IMG/VR virus record: IMGVR_UViG_3300050821_004652
Coordinates: 5,085 to 69,084 of that record
DNA length: 64,000 bases
Strand: one strand, 5' to 3'
From: a virus
Under the pieces are notes generated by a model that saw only the letters and a list, made by a program, of their open reading frames with translations, did no database searches and was not told the origin of the DNA. Positions 54,175 through 63,245 of the stretch are shown piece after piece. The translations under genes were made by a program, and so were the position numbers. The stretch's first letter is position 1, and every line of letters begins with the position of its first letter.

Positions 54175-54383
54175 CAGCGCCTCGTATGGAGTTTGTCGGC
54201 TTCGAATTCGGTGCAGACGAACAACATGACCTCGCGCCGCCTGATGAATTTCCGGCTCACCACGTCGAAAACCTCTCGCCGGCAGCGGGGATTGCTGAAA
54301 TCCGTCATCCACATGATGGCGATCAACCCGTCGGGGTTTTGCTTGGCAGAGACAATGCCCTCAAAGCGGTCCAGGTCGATCAT
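54174..54383 (-). CDS. Hypothetical protein
   Basis: TGATG overlap. Confidence 0.5.
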   Translation of the reverse strand: MIDLDRFEGIVSAKQNPDGLIAIMWMTDFSNPRCRREVFDVVSRKFIRRREVMLFVCTEFEADKLHTRR

Positions 54384-54386
54384 GCT

Positions 54387-55907
54387 CTACCGATAGGGAT
54401 TGTAATCGTCCTTTGCACCATATCCGGAATCCAGGCCCCTCTCAACGTCAGTGAAAGCGCGGTAATCGCCCTGCATCGCGGTATAGGCCGGCTTCCGCGT
54501 GCGCGCTTTGGGCGTGACCTTCTCGGCAAACGTGAGCGCCAGGGCATCCGCTTCGTCGGGAGAAAACCCGAGTTTTTCGCGAATTTGCTCCTTGTCCTCG
54601 AGAATCAGCTTGTCGGTGTTTTTCTTCCGGAGAAACGTCGTCTTCGTCAGCGCCTGCATGAGCTCGATCGAGCCTTCGGTCTCCTCCGGGGGCAACGCGC
54701 CGCCTTCGTTTTTCACCCAGTTAGCCAGCAGAAAATACATTTCCGCCCGCCTGTTGTAGTAGCGATCGTCCTGGTGGGCCTTGCTGTTGAACGCAACCGG
54801 AATCGGCTGCTTACCGAGCACCACAAGCTGGTCGATCCACGGGAATCCGTGGCCGCCGGTGGCGTCGACGAAAACGGCGTCGGCCTCAAATTCATCCCAG
54901 ATGCGCGACGTGATCGAGGCGCCGGCAACGCCGTTCGCCACGTTGCGGTAGCGGTGCATTGGAAACGCCTGGAGACCTTGCCGGGGGAAGATCACCGAAG
55001 CGTCCAGGCCCTCGCGCGCCACGTCGACCCCGAGCACCTTGGCCATGCCGTACAGGTCATGCGGCCGATAGTGGCGCTTCATCGCCGCCTTCACGTCATC
55101 CTCGGAGAGCAGCGAGTTGATGGTGCCGTCCGGGAATTTCCCGAGCACGTTCACCATGACCCAAGGATTATCCCGCCCATACCGGCGGATCTGCGACCGT
55201 GCCCATTCAGGGCTGACGCGCGGTGCGCGCATCGGATCGTCCGGGTCGGCCGTGATTTCCCGCACCGCCCAGCGACCATTTTCGTGAACGCCCTTGCGAT
55301 CCTTGGCAGCGGCATAGAGCGCACCGTCGAGATCGGTCGGATTGCCGGCCATCACAAGATGGCCTTCCTTGCACGACGACAGGGCCGCTTCCGCGGTCAC
55401 CACCACCGACTGCGGAATGCCGCCGCCTTCGTCGATCAGGAACAGGATGTAATCCGCGTGCAGGCCGGCAAGGGTGTCCGCCTGGCTCTTGTTGTCACCC
55501 GTCTTCGGCCATGTCCGGGCCGACATGAACCAGGTCTCCGGCCGCGACTTATAAAAGATCCGGGTGGTGGTCCACTGGAATAGCTGGGTGAGCATCGTGC
55601 TTTCCCGCTGCCACTTCGCCATTTCCTTCCACAGACCGTCGCGAAGGTTGTCGCCCGAGATCGACGTCGCCGCGATGTTCGGCTCATCCCGCGTGGCCAG
55701 GAAATTCCAGCCCAGCCAGGCCAAGCACGTCGTCTTGCCGGGGCCCTTGCAGGCCTGCATGGCGATCATCGGCTCATGCGGGAACAGGCGCAGGATTTCG
55801 TCCTGCCACGCGTCGGGCTCGACTTTGAAGTGATCGCGAACGAAGAGATCGGGCCGCTCTGCCCAGCGTTGGAAATCACCGATCAGTTGGGCGCGGGTGC
55901 GACTCAC
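54387..55907 (-). CDS. terL: Terminase large subunit
   Basis: Walker A ACKGPGKT, Walker B LIDE, GNP, nuclease GVDVAREG.D, SPDEADALALTF. Confidence 0.93.
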   Translation of the reverse strand: MSRTRAQLIGDFQRWAERPDLFVRDHFKVEPDAWQDEILRLFPHEPMIAMQACKGPGKTTCLAWLGWNFLATRDEPNIAATSISGDNLRDGLWKEMAKWQRESTMLTQLFQWTTTRIFYKSRPETWFMSARTWPKTGDNKSQADTLAGLHADYILFLIDEGGGIPQSVVVTAEAALSSCKEGHLVMAGNPTDLDGALYAAAKDRKGVHENGRWAVREITADPDDPMRAPRVSPEWARSQIRRYGRDNPWVMVNVLGKFPDGTINSLLSEDDVKAAMKRHYRPHDLYGMAKVLGVDVAREGLDASVIFPRQGLQAFPMHRYRNVANGVAGASITSRIWDEFEADAVFVDATGGHGFPWIDQLVVLGKQPIPVAFNSKAHQDDRYYNRRAEMYFLLANWVKNEGGALPPEETEGSIELMQALTKTTFLRKKNTDKLILEDKEQIREKLGFSPDEADALALTFAEKVTPKARTRKPAYTAMQGDYRAFTDVERGLDSGYGAKDDYNPYR

Positions 55908-56089
55908 TTGACGACGGCCTTGGGTGTCTGGAGACGGACCATCGCGCGGTGGACCTTTTCCTGGTCCGTAAACATCCAGGGCGAGATCAAGTCGGCATAG
56001 CGATTGATGCGCCACTCCTGGAGCAGCTTTATCGCGCGGCGGTTTTCCTCAAGAAGCTCTTCGCGGGTCGGGGCCGAGGCGTTTTCCAT
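55904..56089 (-). CDS. Hypothetical protein
   Basis: GTGA overlap with terL. Confidence 0.5.
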   Translation of the reverse strand: MENASAPTREELLEENRRAIKLLQEWRINRYADLISPWMFTDQEKVHRAMVRLQTPKAVVK

Positions 56090-56101
56090 CCCGGCACTAT
56101 A

Positions 56102-56293
56102 TCACCGCATCTCTCGAAATAAATTGCCCTTACGCCACCAGGTGGCGCTTAGATAGGCCAGCCACCAGGAGAGGGAGCGCTGGTAGTAGTCCTCATTCGC
56201 GCAGCGCCGCGCCTCTCGCACACGCGCCAGCATACACTTGCCGGCGGCGTCCCTGCGATCTTCCAAGGCCGTTCGATAGCTAATCCTAACCAT
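56102..56293 (-). CDS. Hypothetical protein
   Basis: Packed in the operon. Confidence 0.45.
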   Translation of the reverse strand: MVRISYRTALEDRRDAAGKCMLARVREARRCANEDYYQRSLSWWLAYLSATWWRKGNLFREMR

Positions 56294-56471
56294 CCAGATA
56301 CCTTTTGCGCTGGAAACTCTCGATCTCGGTGGCGATCCGAAGATACTCCGGGTCGACGATCGTTTCGTAATTCACCGGCGGCGTGGCAACGGACAGGCGC
56401 CGGAACGCGGCACCGTTTTCCTTCCACCAGGCCTCGAATTCCTCGACGCTACGCCAGGGTCCAGCTTTCAT
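56286..56471 (-). CDS. Hypothetical protein
   Basis: ATGA overlap. Confidence 0.5.
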   Translation of the reverse strand: MKAGPWRSVEEFEAWWKENGAAFRRLSVATPPVNYETIVDPEYLRIATEIESFQRKRYLDG

Positions 56472-56848
56472 GTGCGGAGATCCTTCCAAAAGATGATCAT
56501 GCCCTCGAATTTCTCGATTCGCCCGTGATGCAGGCGCCAGAACGCCTTTAGACGCAGCCAGTTGTCGAAGCCATCCTTGCGCGCGAAATCATCAAGCTGG
56601 CCGCGGAACGCAAACTCACTGCCGTCCCACAGGCCGATCACGTTATCGGAAAAACGCAGCGTGATCGGCAGAGCATCCACGCACGTCGCGCGCCCCAGGA
56701 GGCGACACTGTTTCGATCTCATGCCGGTGTAGAGTTGCAATTCCTCGCCCTCGCGAGCGTGCCGCTTCCGGTGCGCCCGGATCGTCTGTGTCTTGCCGCC
56801 CATCAGGATCGGGTCAGCAAACATCTTCTGGAAGGAATAGGCGACCAC
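56468..56848 (-). CDS. ASCH domain protein
   Basis: FADPILMGGKTQTIR...LQLYTGMR...FARKDGF. Confidence 0.75.
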   Translation of the reverse strand: MVAYSFQKMFADPILMGGKTQTIRAHRKRHAREGEELQLYTGMRSKQCRLLGRATCVDALPITLRFSDNVIGLWDGSEFAFRGQLDDFARKDGFDNWLRLKAFWRLHHGRIEKFEGMIIFWKDLRT

Positions 56849-57078
56849 TACTTCGGCCACCGATACTGGCGATGCCGGCGGCGTTGGATATTCTCGCAGG
56901 AGAGCTTGTCGCGCTCCGCACGAGCCGCCATCCACTCGCGCCACAGGCCGTGCGAGGCTTCATCGCCGCGGAAGACGCGCCCATGGTTCCCGCTGCGATA
57001 GAACGACTGGGACTCGACGTAGGAGCGGTAGCGCTCCCACGCCGCCTTTTCGGCCATGACCTCCGGCGCGGCCGTCAT
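56848..57078 (-). CDS. Hypothetical protein
   Basis: Overlapping start and stop codons at both ends. Confidence 0.5.
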   Translation of the reverse strand: MTAAPEVMAEKAAWERYRSYVESQSFYRSGNHGRVFRGDEASHGLWREWMAARAERDKLSCENIQRRRHRQYRWPK

Positions 57079-57344
57079 CCGGTGATGCCCTTCACCGCCC
57101 ACATGACGGCCTCTTCCATCTTGGTTCGGGCCAGGCTGGTTTCGCGGCTGGCCTTGCAGTAGCGATCCAGGATCAAGAGAAAGTTTGCGCCTGTGTCCTT
57201 GACGATAAGCATGGCCGTTTTTTCTTCGTCCGTCAGGACGCGGTACTGATGGCGCATCGTATTGTTGGCGGTGCGCTTGTCCGACGCAGAATCGACCATC
57301 TCTGGTGCGCGCGGATCGCCGCCGATATCCGTTGGCTCTGGCAT
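57075..57344 (-). CDS. acb2: Acb2/Tad1-family cyclic-nucleotide sponge (anti-CBASS/Thoeris)
   Basis: YRVLTDEEK....KDTG..F...SRETSLARTKMEEAVMWAVKGIT resembles Acb2 YRDLSQEE...KELG..F and the Tad1-like C-terminal helix. Confidence 0.65.
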   Translation of the reverse strand: MPEPTDIGGDPRAPEMVDSASDKRTANNTMRHQYRVLTDEEKTAMLIVKDTGANFLLILDRYCKASRETSLARTKMEEAVMWAVKGITG

Positions 57345-57356
57345 GGTTTGACCTCC

Positions 57357-57674
57357 TTAAACAGATCGTTCGCCGTTGGGATTCGTATCGGGTGTCGCGC
57401 CATCACCGGCCAATGGCGTGTACCCATCGAGGAACGCTTTGCGGGGCGAGATGGATTCGTAGCCATCTTCGTAGACGACATAAAAATCACCCGGCACAGG
57501 CAGCCCGCGAGCGAAGACAGCAGGCTTGATCAGCTTGGGTGCATAGCCGGCCTCCATAAAGACCAGAAGCAGGTCCGTGTAAGCCGGCCGCACCTCTTTG
57601 ATCTCGAGCGCATGCACTTTCTTGTGGCACTGGTAGAGCGGCATCTCCATGGCAACTTGGTCTTCGCTCATCAT
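57357..57674 (-). CDS. Conserved phage protein next to the Acb2-like gene
   Basis: MPLYQCHKKVHAL...GDFYVVYEDGYESISPRKAFLDGY. Confidence 0.65.
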   Translation of the reverse strand: MMSEDQVAMEMPLYQCHKKVHALEIKEVRPAYTDLLLVFMEAGYAPKLIKPAVFARGLPVPGDFYVVYEDGYESISPRKAFLDGYTPLAGDGATPDTNPNGERSV

Positions 57675-57856
57675 TTCCTCCTAATGGTCCGCCAGGATTT
57701 CGTCGATCGCTTCGTCCCAATCATAGTCCGAGACGCAGCGAGGCTTTTCAACGCGCAATGCCTCCATGACATTGCGCGCAGCTTCACGGCGCGCGGCCGG
57801 CGTGATGTGGTCGTGGAAGTAGGGCGCGAGCGCCACCATGACGCGCTGTAGCCGGG

Positions 57857-58534
57857 TCACGCTGATAGTTCCTTGTAGGCGGCTTCGCGGGCCAGGTTGA
57901 GTTGCAAGAGCGCACCTTCATCGGCGGCGGCCTGCTTGGCCGCAGCGCGATACATCAGGTCAACGTCCGCACGGGTTACCACGGCCCCCGGCTTGAATCC
58001 CAGCATGCCACGCCACGGCGCACGATTGTCGGCGCCAGGCGGCGGCAGCGCATCGTAGCCGGCGAAGGCTTGGTCAAGGGTGCCCACGCCATAGCGGTCG
58101 ACGCGGCGGATGGCGTCGATATGGTTGGCAATCGCGGCCATATTGCCAGCGACAGAGATCCACTTGTCGCAAGCGAGCACGCGATCCTTGCCTTTCAATT
58201 CGAAATAGACGGCAACGCCAGGATCAGCCGGCGCCGTGCGATCAGCACGGGGCTCGCCGTAGCGGGTGAGCTCCATGTTGGTTGACACAACGATGCTCTG
58301 CGCACCCAGGAATTCAAGCTGCTGGGCCAGCCGCCCGCGCGCCGTGGGCAAGGTAACCGTCTTGCTGCCCTTCACCTGTTTAGTGACGCGCTGGAATCTG
58401 CCGTCCACTGTCTCGTAGTTCGAACGCTCCACCATGGCGCCCTCGCGGAAACTCACCGGCTCGCGATTATTTGCCGGCGTGCGCTTCCAGCCGTGCGGCC
58501 AGGACAGCGGATAGCGGGTGACCTCTTCGCTCAT
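57857..58534 (-). CDS. Phage J-domain-family protein with a degenerate J domain
   Basis: YPLSWP.GWKRT, DPGVAVYF, ACDKW, RYGVG, AFAGY.ALP; the HPD motif is absent. Confidence 0.7.
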   Translation of the reverse strand: MSEEVTRYPLSWPHGWKRTPANNREPVSFREGAMVERSNYETVDGRFQRVTKQVKGSKTVTLPTARGRLAQQLEFLGAQSIVVSTNMELTRYGEPRADRTAPADPGVAVYFELKGKDRVLACDKWISVAGNMAAIANHIDAIRRVDRYGVGTLDQAFAGYDALPPPGADNRAPWRGMLGFKPGAVVTRADVDLMYRAAAKQAAADEGALLQLNLAREAAYKELSA

Positions 58535-59274
58535 GGAAACTCCAGCCATTCACGGGTGCCAAGGGTGCGACCGGGGCGATAGCCGCCCCACTGCTTGAAG
58601 TGGAACGGCACGTTGTAGCCGACGCAGGCGTCGCGGGCATATTCGAACCAGGCCGGGTCGGGCTCGCGATAGCCGGGACCACTCTCGCCGCCGGCGATCA
58701 GCCAGTCGATGCAGCGGGCGCGTTCCGGATCCATCCAATCATCCCAGAACACCGCGGACAGCGCCGGTTCGTAGGAGACGAAGGTTGGAAAGCCCATTTC
58801 CTTGATCTGCCGCAGCTTCGGCATCCGAATGTCCGCCATGTCCTGATTTTCGATGGTGAAGCCGATCCGGATGTTCTGTTCGGTGCCCGTCGTATGCTGC
58901 CTGAGATATTTGCGCACCAGCGCGTGACGCTTCGACAGCAGCAGCCAGTCCAAATGCGGCGTCATCGAAATCAGCGCGAACAAGTCGGCCCGCCAGCCCT
59001 CCGGCACTTCGACGTCGGCCCAGTCGCCCATCGACAGCGAGAAGACTCGCTTGCGCACGCCCTTCCATTTCGCCTGCTTGTCCCACATCAAGGGCTTGCG
59101 CCAGTTCTCCGCCGACGTCCGCAGGCGCGGCACGCCCGATCCCCATTCAACGCGCTTCCATCGGTGCGCCAGGGTTTCGGCATAGCAATGGTCGCAGCCG
59201 GGCGACACGTTGGTGCATCCCCACCACGGATTGAACGTGTGGTCGCACCAGGAGATAGCGGTTTCAGTGCCCAT
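58531..59274 (-). CDS. Gp37/Gp68 (DUF5131) radical-SAM-like protein
   Basis: TAISWCDHTFNPWWGCTNVSPGCDHCYA, GGESG, FKQWGG. Confidence 0.9.
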   Translation of the reverse strand: MGTETAISWCDHTFNPWWGCTNVSPGCDHCYAETLAHRWKRVEWGSGVPRLRTSAENWRKPLMWDKQAKWKGVRKRVFSLSMGDWADVEVPEGWRADLFALISMTPHLDWLLLSKRHALVRKYLRQHTTGTEQNIRIGFTIENQDMADIRMPKLRQIKEMGFPTFVSYEPALSAVFWDDWMDPERARCIDWLIAGGESGPGYREPDPAWFEYARDACVGYNVPFHFKQWGGYRPGRTLGTREWLEFP

Positions 59275-59282
59275 CGGTTCTC

Positions 59283-59807
59283 CTATTTCGACCGCGCATC
59301 CAGCATCGCCTTGTAAATCCGGGCCACTGCCCGGTGCGGATTGATCACGCGAATCTTGCCGTCTTCGATCACGACCATCCGACTCACAACGTCGTGGAGC
59401 ACTGCGGCGCCGGCAGCAAACATCGATTCGCCAACCAGATACTCCTCGCCGTGGTAATGGAGCTTGATGCCACCGCCCATGAACGCCGCGGGCTCATCCT
59501 TCGGCGGCCAGAGCTTTTCCCAATAGTAGAGCGGCCTACCATCGTGCCTTGTCAGGGCGCCATGCTCCACCGTCGCCGTGTCGACGCCGGCTTGCTCAAG
59601 CATTGCGCGATCCCATTCAGAGCGAGAAGGCGCGACGGTCGGGTGATAGCACCACCTCGACAGGACGTGGAATCCTTCGCCAACAAACTCCGTGGTGTAA
59701 GGAGCCATATCCAGAAATCGATCTGGATCACGATAGCGAGTGCCACCCAGGTCGTGGCTTTCGAACGTCACCGGCGAGCCGTCGATCATCCTCGCGCGCA
59801 TCCTCAT
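59283..59807 (-). CDS. Hypothetical protein
   Basis: Packed ORF. Confidence 0.55.
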   Translation of the reverse strand: MRMRARMIDGSPVTFESHDLGGTRYRDPDRFLDMAPYTTEFVGEGFHVLSRWCYHPTVAPSRSEWDRAMLEQAGVDTATVEHGALTRHDGRPLYYWEKLWPPKDEPAAFMGGGIKLHYHGEEYLVGESMFAAGAAVLHDVVSRMVVIEDGKIRVINPHRAVARIYKAMLDARSK

Positions 59808-60046
59808 GAATCGCGCCTTATCATCGTCTTTGCTGCGGACTCCGCATTCTCTATGAATTTCGGATTTTTCAGAAGCTCCTCTACCTCATCGGACATGCAG
59901 GAGCCGGTCACCATCGGGATCACCTGGCCGGGTGCGACCTTCACAGCGAGGATCATCCGATATCCGGCGATCTTGCCGGAATTGGCATAGGGCGCGAGGA
60001 CCGTTGCGATGTCCAGGCACAGTTCCTCTATTTCTCTATTCGTCAT
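59804..60046 (-). CDS. Hypothetical protein
   Basis: Overlapping start and stop codons. Confidence 0.55.
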   Translation of the reverse strand: MTNREIEELCLDIATVLAPYANSGKIAGYRMILAVKVAPGQVIPMVTGSCMSDEVEELLKNPKFIENAESAAKTMIRRDS

Positions 60047-60234
60047 CACGTTTCCATCCCCTTGCGCATCAACAGGCGGGCGGCGTCCGCCTTGCTCTTG
60101 GCGGCGCCGATTTCGACCATGCGATCGAGCTCGAGCATGATGTCCGCCGGCACGCTGATCGCCAGCGGTTCCATGTTGTTGCTGGAGCGGCGCGTGCCCG
60201 GCTGGCCGCGGCCAATTCCTTGCGGGTCCGTCAT
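60046..60234 (-). CDS. Ribbon-helix-helix protein
   Basis: LAISVPADIMLELDRMVEIGAAKSKADAARLLM. Confidence 0.65.
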   Translation of the reverse strand: MTDPQGIGRGQPGTRRSSNNMEPLAISVPADIMLELDRMVEIGAAKSKADAARLLMRKGMET

Positions 60235-60533
60235 GGCGCATCCTTCAGCACGACGTCGATCATGGCCGTCCAAATCTCGTCCGTCGAAAATCGTCGGTTC
60301 ATTCCTGTCACCGGATCATTCCAAACGTCATGGCCGGCCACTTCCATCGCCTCGGTAGGCTCGCGCAGCACCTTGAGCGCGGCGGCCATCGCCTTAATGC
60401 AGATCGTCCGGTCCGCCTCGAAAAACTCCTCCCACGCAAACCAAGCGTCACTTGCCGCGTTGGGATGCCGAAGCCTCGCCAACCGCAGGTTTTCTTGGTA
60501 GGCGCCCTTCGCCATCGCTTCGAGCATCGTCAT
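60231..60533 (-). CDS. Hypothetical phage protein
   Basis: GGAGG RBS; LREPTEAM...IWTAMID. Confidence 0.65.
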   Translation of the reverse strand: MTMLEAMAKGAYQENLRLARLRHPNAASDAWFAWEEFFEADRTICIKAMAAALKVLREPTEAMEVAGHDVWNDPVTGMNRRFSTDEIWTAMIDVVLKDAP

Positions 60534-60681
60534 GGGCGCCTCCATGGACGCGCGTTGATGTTCGGCCACGCCGGCGGCCACCAGCCGCGACAGACCATCC
60601 GCACGAACCACCGGCGGCAGCCGAGCCACCGTACCCAGGCCGGCTCGTTGCAGACAAACACGAAGCCGCTGCGCTTTTCGA

Positions 60682-60885
60682 TCACGACGGCTCCTTTAGT
60701 CCGAGTTTCGCCAATTCGGCTTCGATGTAAGAGCGGACCGCGCGCACGACGACGACCAGCACTTCATCCGGCACGAGGCAGCCCTGCCCGCTTCCTTCCA
60801 TGCCGATACGGGTGACCTTGTTGGCATTCAGGAAGGCGAGGAAACCGGACAGGGCGCCGGCGCGCTGCATTTCGTCCAGCGTCAT
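60682..60885 (-). CDS. Small protein, LxxLGVxE family copy A
   Basis: Ends EAELAKLGLKEPS. Confidence 0.6.
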   Translation of the reverse strand: MTLDEMQRAGALSGFLAFLNANKVTRIGMEGSGQGCLVPDEVLVVVVRAVRSYIEAELAKLGLKEPS

Positions 60886-61079
60886 GGCTGCTCCTTGGCC
60901 TTCTTGATGGCTGCTTGCATCGCGTCGAGAACCGCACTCGGCTCGCCCTTCACCACCACATTCTGGCGATAGACGCTTTCCGCAAGTTCCAGCGCCGCCA
61001 GCAGCTCGTCGCGGATGGCGCGCAGGCGTTGGTACTCACTGAGAAGAACCGTCTCGCGCCCGTCGTCATAGGTGCTCAT
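60882..61079 (-). CDS. Small protein with ELLAAL...AAIKKA helical module
   Basis: ATGA overlaps. Confidence 0.6.
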   Translation of the reverse strand: MSTYDDGRETVLLSEYQRLRAIRDELLAALELAESVYRQNVVVKGEPSAVLDAMQAAIKKAKEQP

Positions 61080-61297
61080 GTCGGCCAGTCCTTGTACGGG
61101 CGGGTATAGGCCGGCTGCTCCTTCACCCGGTAAATCACCGTGTTCTCGCGCTTCCAGTCTTCCAGCGTCGTCACCCGGCGGACCAGGACGTCGATGTTGT
61201 TGTTGGCGACGTCCATGCAGGCCGACAGGTAGCGCACCCAGCCCGCCAGGATGAACACGGCACAAACCAGCGCCACGATGCAGATCGCCGTCGTCAT
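61076..61297 (-). CDS. Small membrane protein
   Basis: N-terminal TM. Confidence 0.55.
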   Translation of the reverse strand: MTTAICIVALVCAVFILAGWVRYLSACMDVANNNIDVLVRRVTTLEDWKRENTVIYRVKEQPAYTRPYKDWPT

Positions 61298-61500
61298 TCT
61301 CGCACTCCAATCTCCGCCAACCGGGCCAAGATGTAGCCTTCGCCCGCCTCCAGCATGACGATCACGGTTCCGAGCGGCAGCACCGACGGCGGCAGGCGCA
61401 CGAGATCCATGTCGTTTCCCGTGAGTGCCTTCTGCTGCATGCGGACTTCATCGAGCGCCACGACGAGCGGCGCCGCCTTGCGAACCTGGTCCGGGGTCAA
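61294..61500 (-). CDS. Small protein, LxxLGVxE family copy B
   Basis: Ends LARLAEIGVRE. Confidence 0.6.
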   Translation of the reverse strand: MTPDQVRKAAPLVVALDEVRMQQKALTGNDMDLVRLPPSVLPLGTVIVMLEAGEGYILARLAEIGVRE

Positions 61501-61826
61501 TTGCGGGTCTCCTTGAGATCGTCTTCCGTGAACGGCTCGTGCTCCTTACCGGGCGCGACGATGATTTCGTCGAGGATCTTTCGAAACACCGCCCGGTGCT
61601 CCTCCAAGTCCGTCGCCGTGGCTTCCAGGTAGGCCGGCACGAAGAGGTTGTCTTCAGCGCGCACCAGCACATAGATCCGGTAGGCCGCCACATTTCCGGT
61701 CTCGCCGGTCGACAGGCTATCGAGCGCCTTGGCGACCGCCCGGACCGCATTGTTGCGGATGGCGACCACGCGCGGCTTTTCCGCTTCCGTGAACCCGCTC
61801 CGCTCGAGCCGCGCTTTCTTACTCAT
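61497..61826 (-). CDS. Hypothetical protein
   Basis: GAGGGG RBS. Confidence 0.6.
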   Translation of the reverse strand: MSKKARLERSGFTEAEKPRVVAIRNNAVRAVAKALDSLSTGETGNVAAYRIYVLVRAEDNLFVPAYLEATATDLEEHRAVFRKILDEIIVAPGKEHEPFTEDDLKETRN

Positions 61827-62098
61827 TTTTCCCCCTCTGCGAAGGCCCTCACCGCCCGCGCCATAAAATCCACCGGGAAGGTCGACCCCCAACCCCACCG
61901 GCGTGGGTGGCTCGCATACTTCCCGTAGAACATCACCGTTCGAAATCGCGTCCCTGCGTTGGGGCCGTCCCCGTCGTGGAAGATTTCGAGCGCCGGCGAG
62001 AAACCCTTCTTTCTCGGCAAAAACCGGATCTCAGCGCCATTCTTCTCGGCCCACTTCCGGAGCTTCCAGAACGTCGCAGGGGTCGGCGGCTGGCTCAT
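61823..62098 (-). CDS. Hypothetical protein
   Basis: ATGA overlaps. Confidence 0.55.
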   Translation of the reverse strand: MSQPPTPATFWKLRKWAEKNGAEIRFLPRKKGFSPALEIFHDGDGPNAGTRFRTVMFYGKYASHPRRWGWGSTFPVDFMARAVRAFAEGEK

Positions 62099-62376
62099 TG
62101 CGCGCCGCCCGACGTCCGCGGCCCGTGCTTGATCAGCCGTGTCACCTCTATCGTGACGGCTCGCGCCTCCGCCGTGAGCGCGATGTGCAGCGTCTGCGCA
62201 TCGTTGGCCTTTTTCGACCGCGCCGCCCAGCGTGCTACGCGCTTGTCGGCATAGGCCTGGATCGCCGCCAGCGTGTCCCGTGCACGGGCCAATTCCGCCA
62301 GCGCCGCGTCCCGCTCCGCCGTCAGCCGCGCCACGTCGATCTCGGTAATCGCGATCATCCTAATACCCGTAGCCAA
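62095..62376 (-). CDS. Hypothetical coiled-coil protein
   Basis: Packed ORF; start uncertain. Confidence 0.5.
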   Translation of the reverse strand: MATGIRMIAITEIDVARLTAERDAALAELARARDTLAAIQAYADKRVARWAARSKKANDAQTLHIALTAEARAVTIEVTRLIKHGPRTSGGAQ

Positions 62377-62620
62377 CAGGCTTGTTTGAGCAAACGCAGT
62401 AGTTTTTGCGCCAGTCGCACGACGGCTGGTCGGGCGGCTCGTCTTTGCAGCACACCGTCAGCCGGCCGCTCTGGTCCGGCTTGCAGGTGATCTTGTTTTC
62501 GGCGTGCGCCGGCACCAAAGCCAGGGCCACCGCCAGGGCGATACCGCACCACGCGCCGCGGGCCCCGGCCACCAGATACCCGACCCACGCAAACACCATC
62601 GGCGTCGCAAAAAGCGTCAT
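62360..62620 (-). CDS. Exported or membrane Cys-rich small protein
   Basis: Hydrophobic N-terminus ending PAHA; six Cys after it. Confidence 0.55.
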   Translation of the reverse strand: MTLFATPMVFAWVGYLVAGARGAWCGIALAVALALVPAHAENKITCKPDQSGRLTVCCKDEPPDQPSCDWRKNYCVCSNKPVGYGY

Positions 62621-62805
62621 AGCGGCGGCTCCAAGTTGCCGGTCGCGGACGGTGCTACCCGCTCCGAGTGCCGGTGAATATCTCGCCCGATCCATCGAAG
62701 AAGCTCGTTCGTTTTTTCCACGCCGGCTTTGATATCAGCCAGGTAGCGCACCTGGAGCCACGCCCAGAGCGTCATAAACAGGAGAACCCAATCGGCGTCG
62801 GTCAT
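62617..62805 (-). CDS. Small membrane protein
   Basis: GGAGG RBS; N-terminal TM. Confidence 0.5.
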   Translation of the reverse strand: MTDADWVLLFMTLWAWLQVRYLADIKAGVEKTNELLRWIGRDIHRHSERVAPSATGNLEPPL

Positions 62806-63245
62806 GCTGGCCTCCCCGGCACCGGCCGCCAGTGCGTCGGCCAGATGCGAAAAGGAAGCGTCCCCGCACCAAGACGGCAGAACCAGCCCTCCGGCAAAAC
62901 TTCGTCCGACAAACCTGCCGGCCCCCACCAGCAGTCAGGCCAGCGGCACCCTGCGCCGCCTTCTCTTTCGGCCGACCCCCACAGGTCTACCACCCCATCT
63001 TGCGGCGCCGTCTCCACCGGCCGCCAGCCCTTCTTTACCCGCCGCTCCAACCGTGCAATTTCCTCCTGGAGAACCCGCATCGTCCCGCGGTCCAATTCCC
63101 CGTCTCGAGCCGCCCCGAGAAGAACCCAGAAGTCCGCCTCGAGAATCCGTCCCTCAATCGACGTTACCGGACCACCAGACCCCATCTTGTGCGTCGGGCA
63201 GATCGTCGGCCGAACCCGCGCCTCGATCTCGTCGATGGTGCTCAC
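62802..63245 (-). CDS. DUF551-like protein
   Basis: WRPVETAPQDG..VDLW...PTHWRP. Confidence 0.65.
   Translation of the reverse strand: MSTIDEIEARVRPTICPTHKMGSGGPVTSIEGRILEADFWVLLGAARDGELDRGTMRVLQEEIARLERRVKKGWRPVETAPQDGVVDLWGSAEREGGAGCRWPDCWWGPAGLSDEVLPEGWFCRLGAGTLPFRIWPTHWRPVPGRPA

Noticed and set aside
23238-56000. Long + strand ORFs opposite structural genes (e.g. 36206..37801, 46044..47291, 54186..55583)
   Set aside because: Antisense shadows typical of high-GC coding DNA, with no recognisable motifs
55904-56471. Small terminase subunit upstream of terL
   Set aside because: The ORFs there are about 60 aa with no TerS-like HTH/coiled-coil pattern; TerS may lie outside the window
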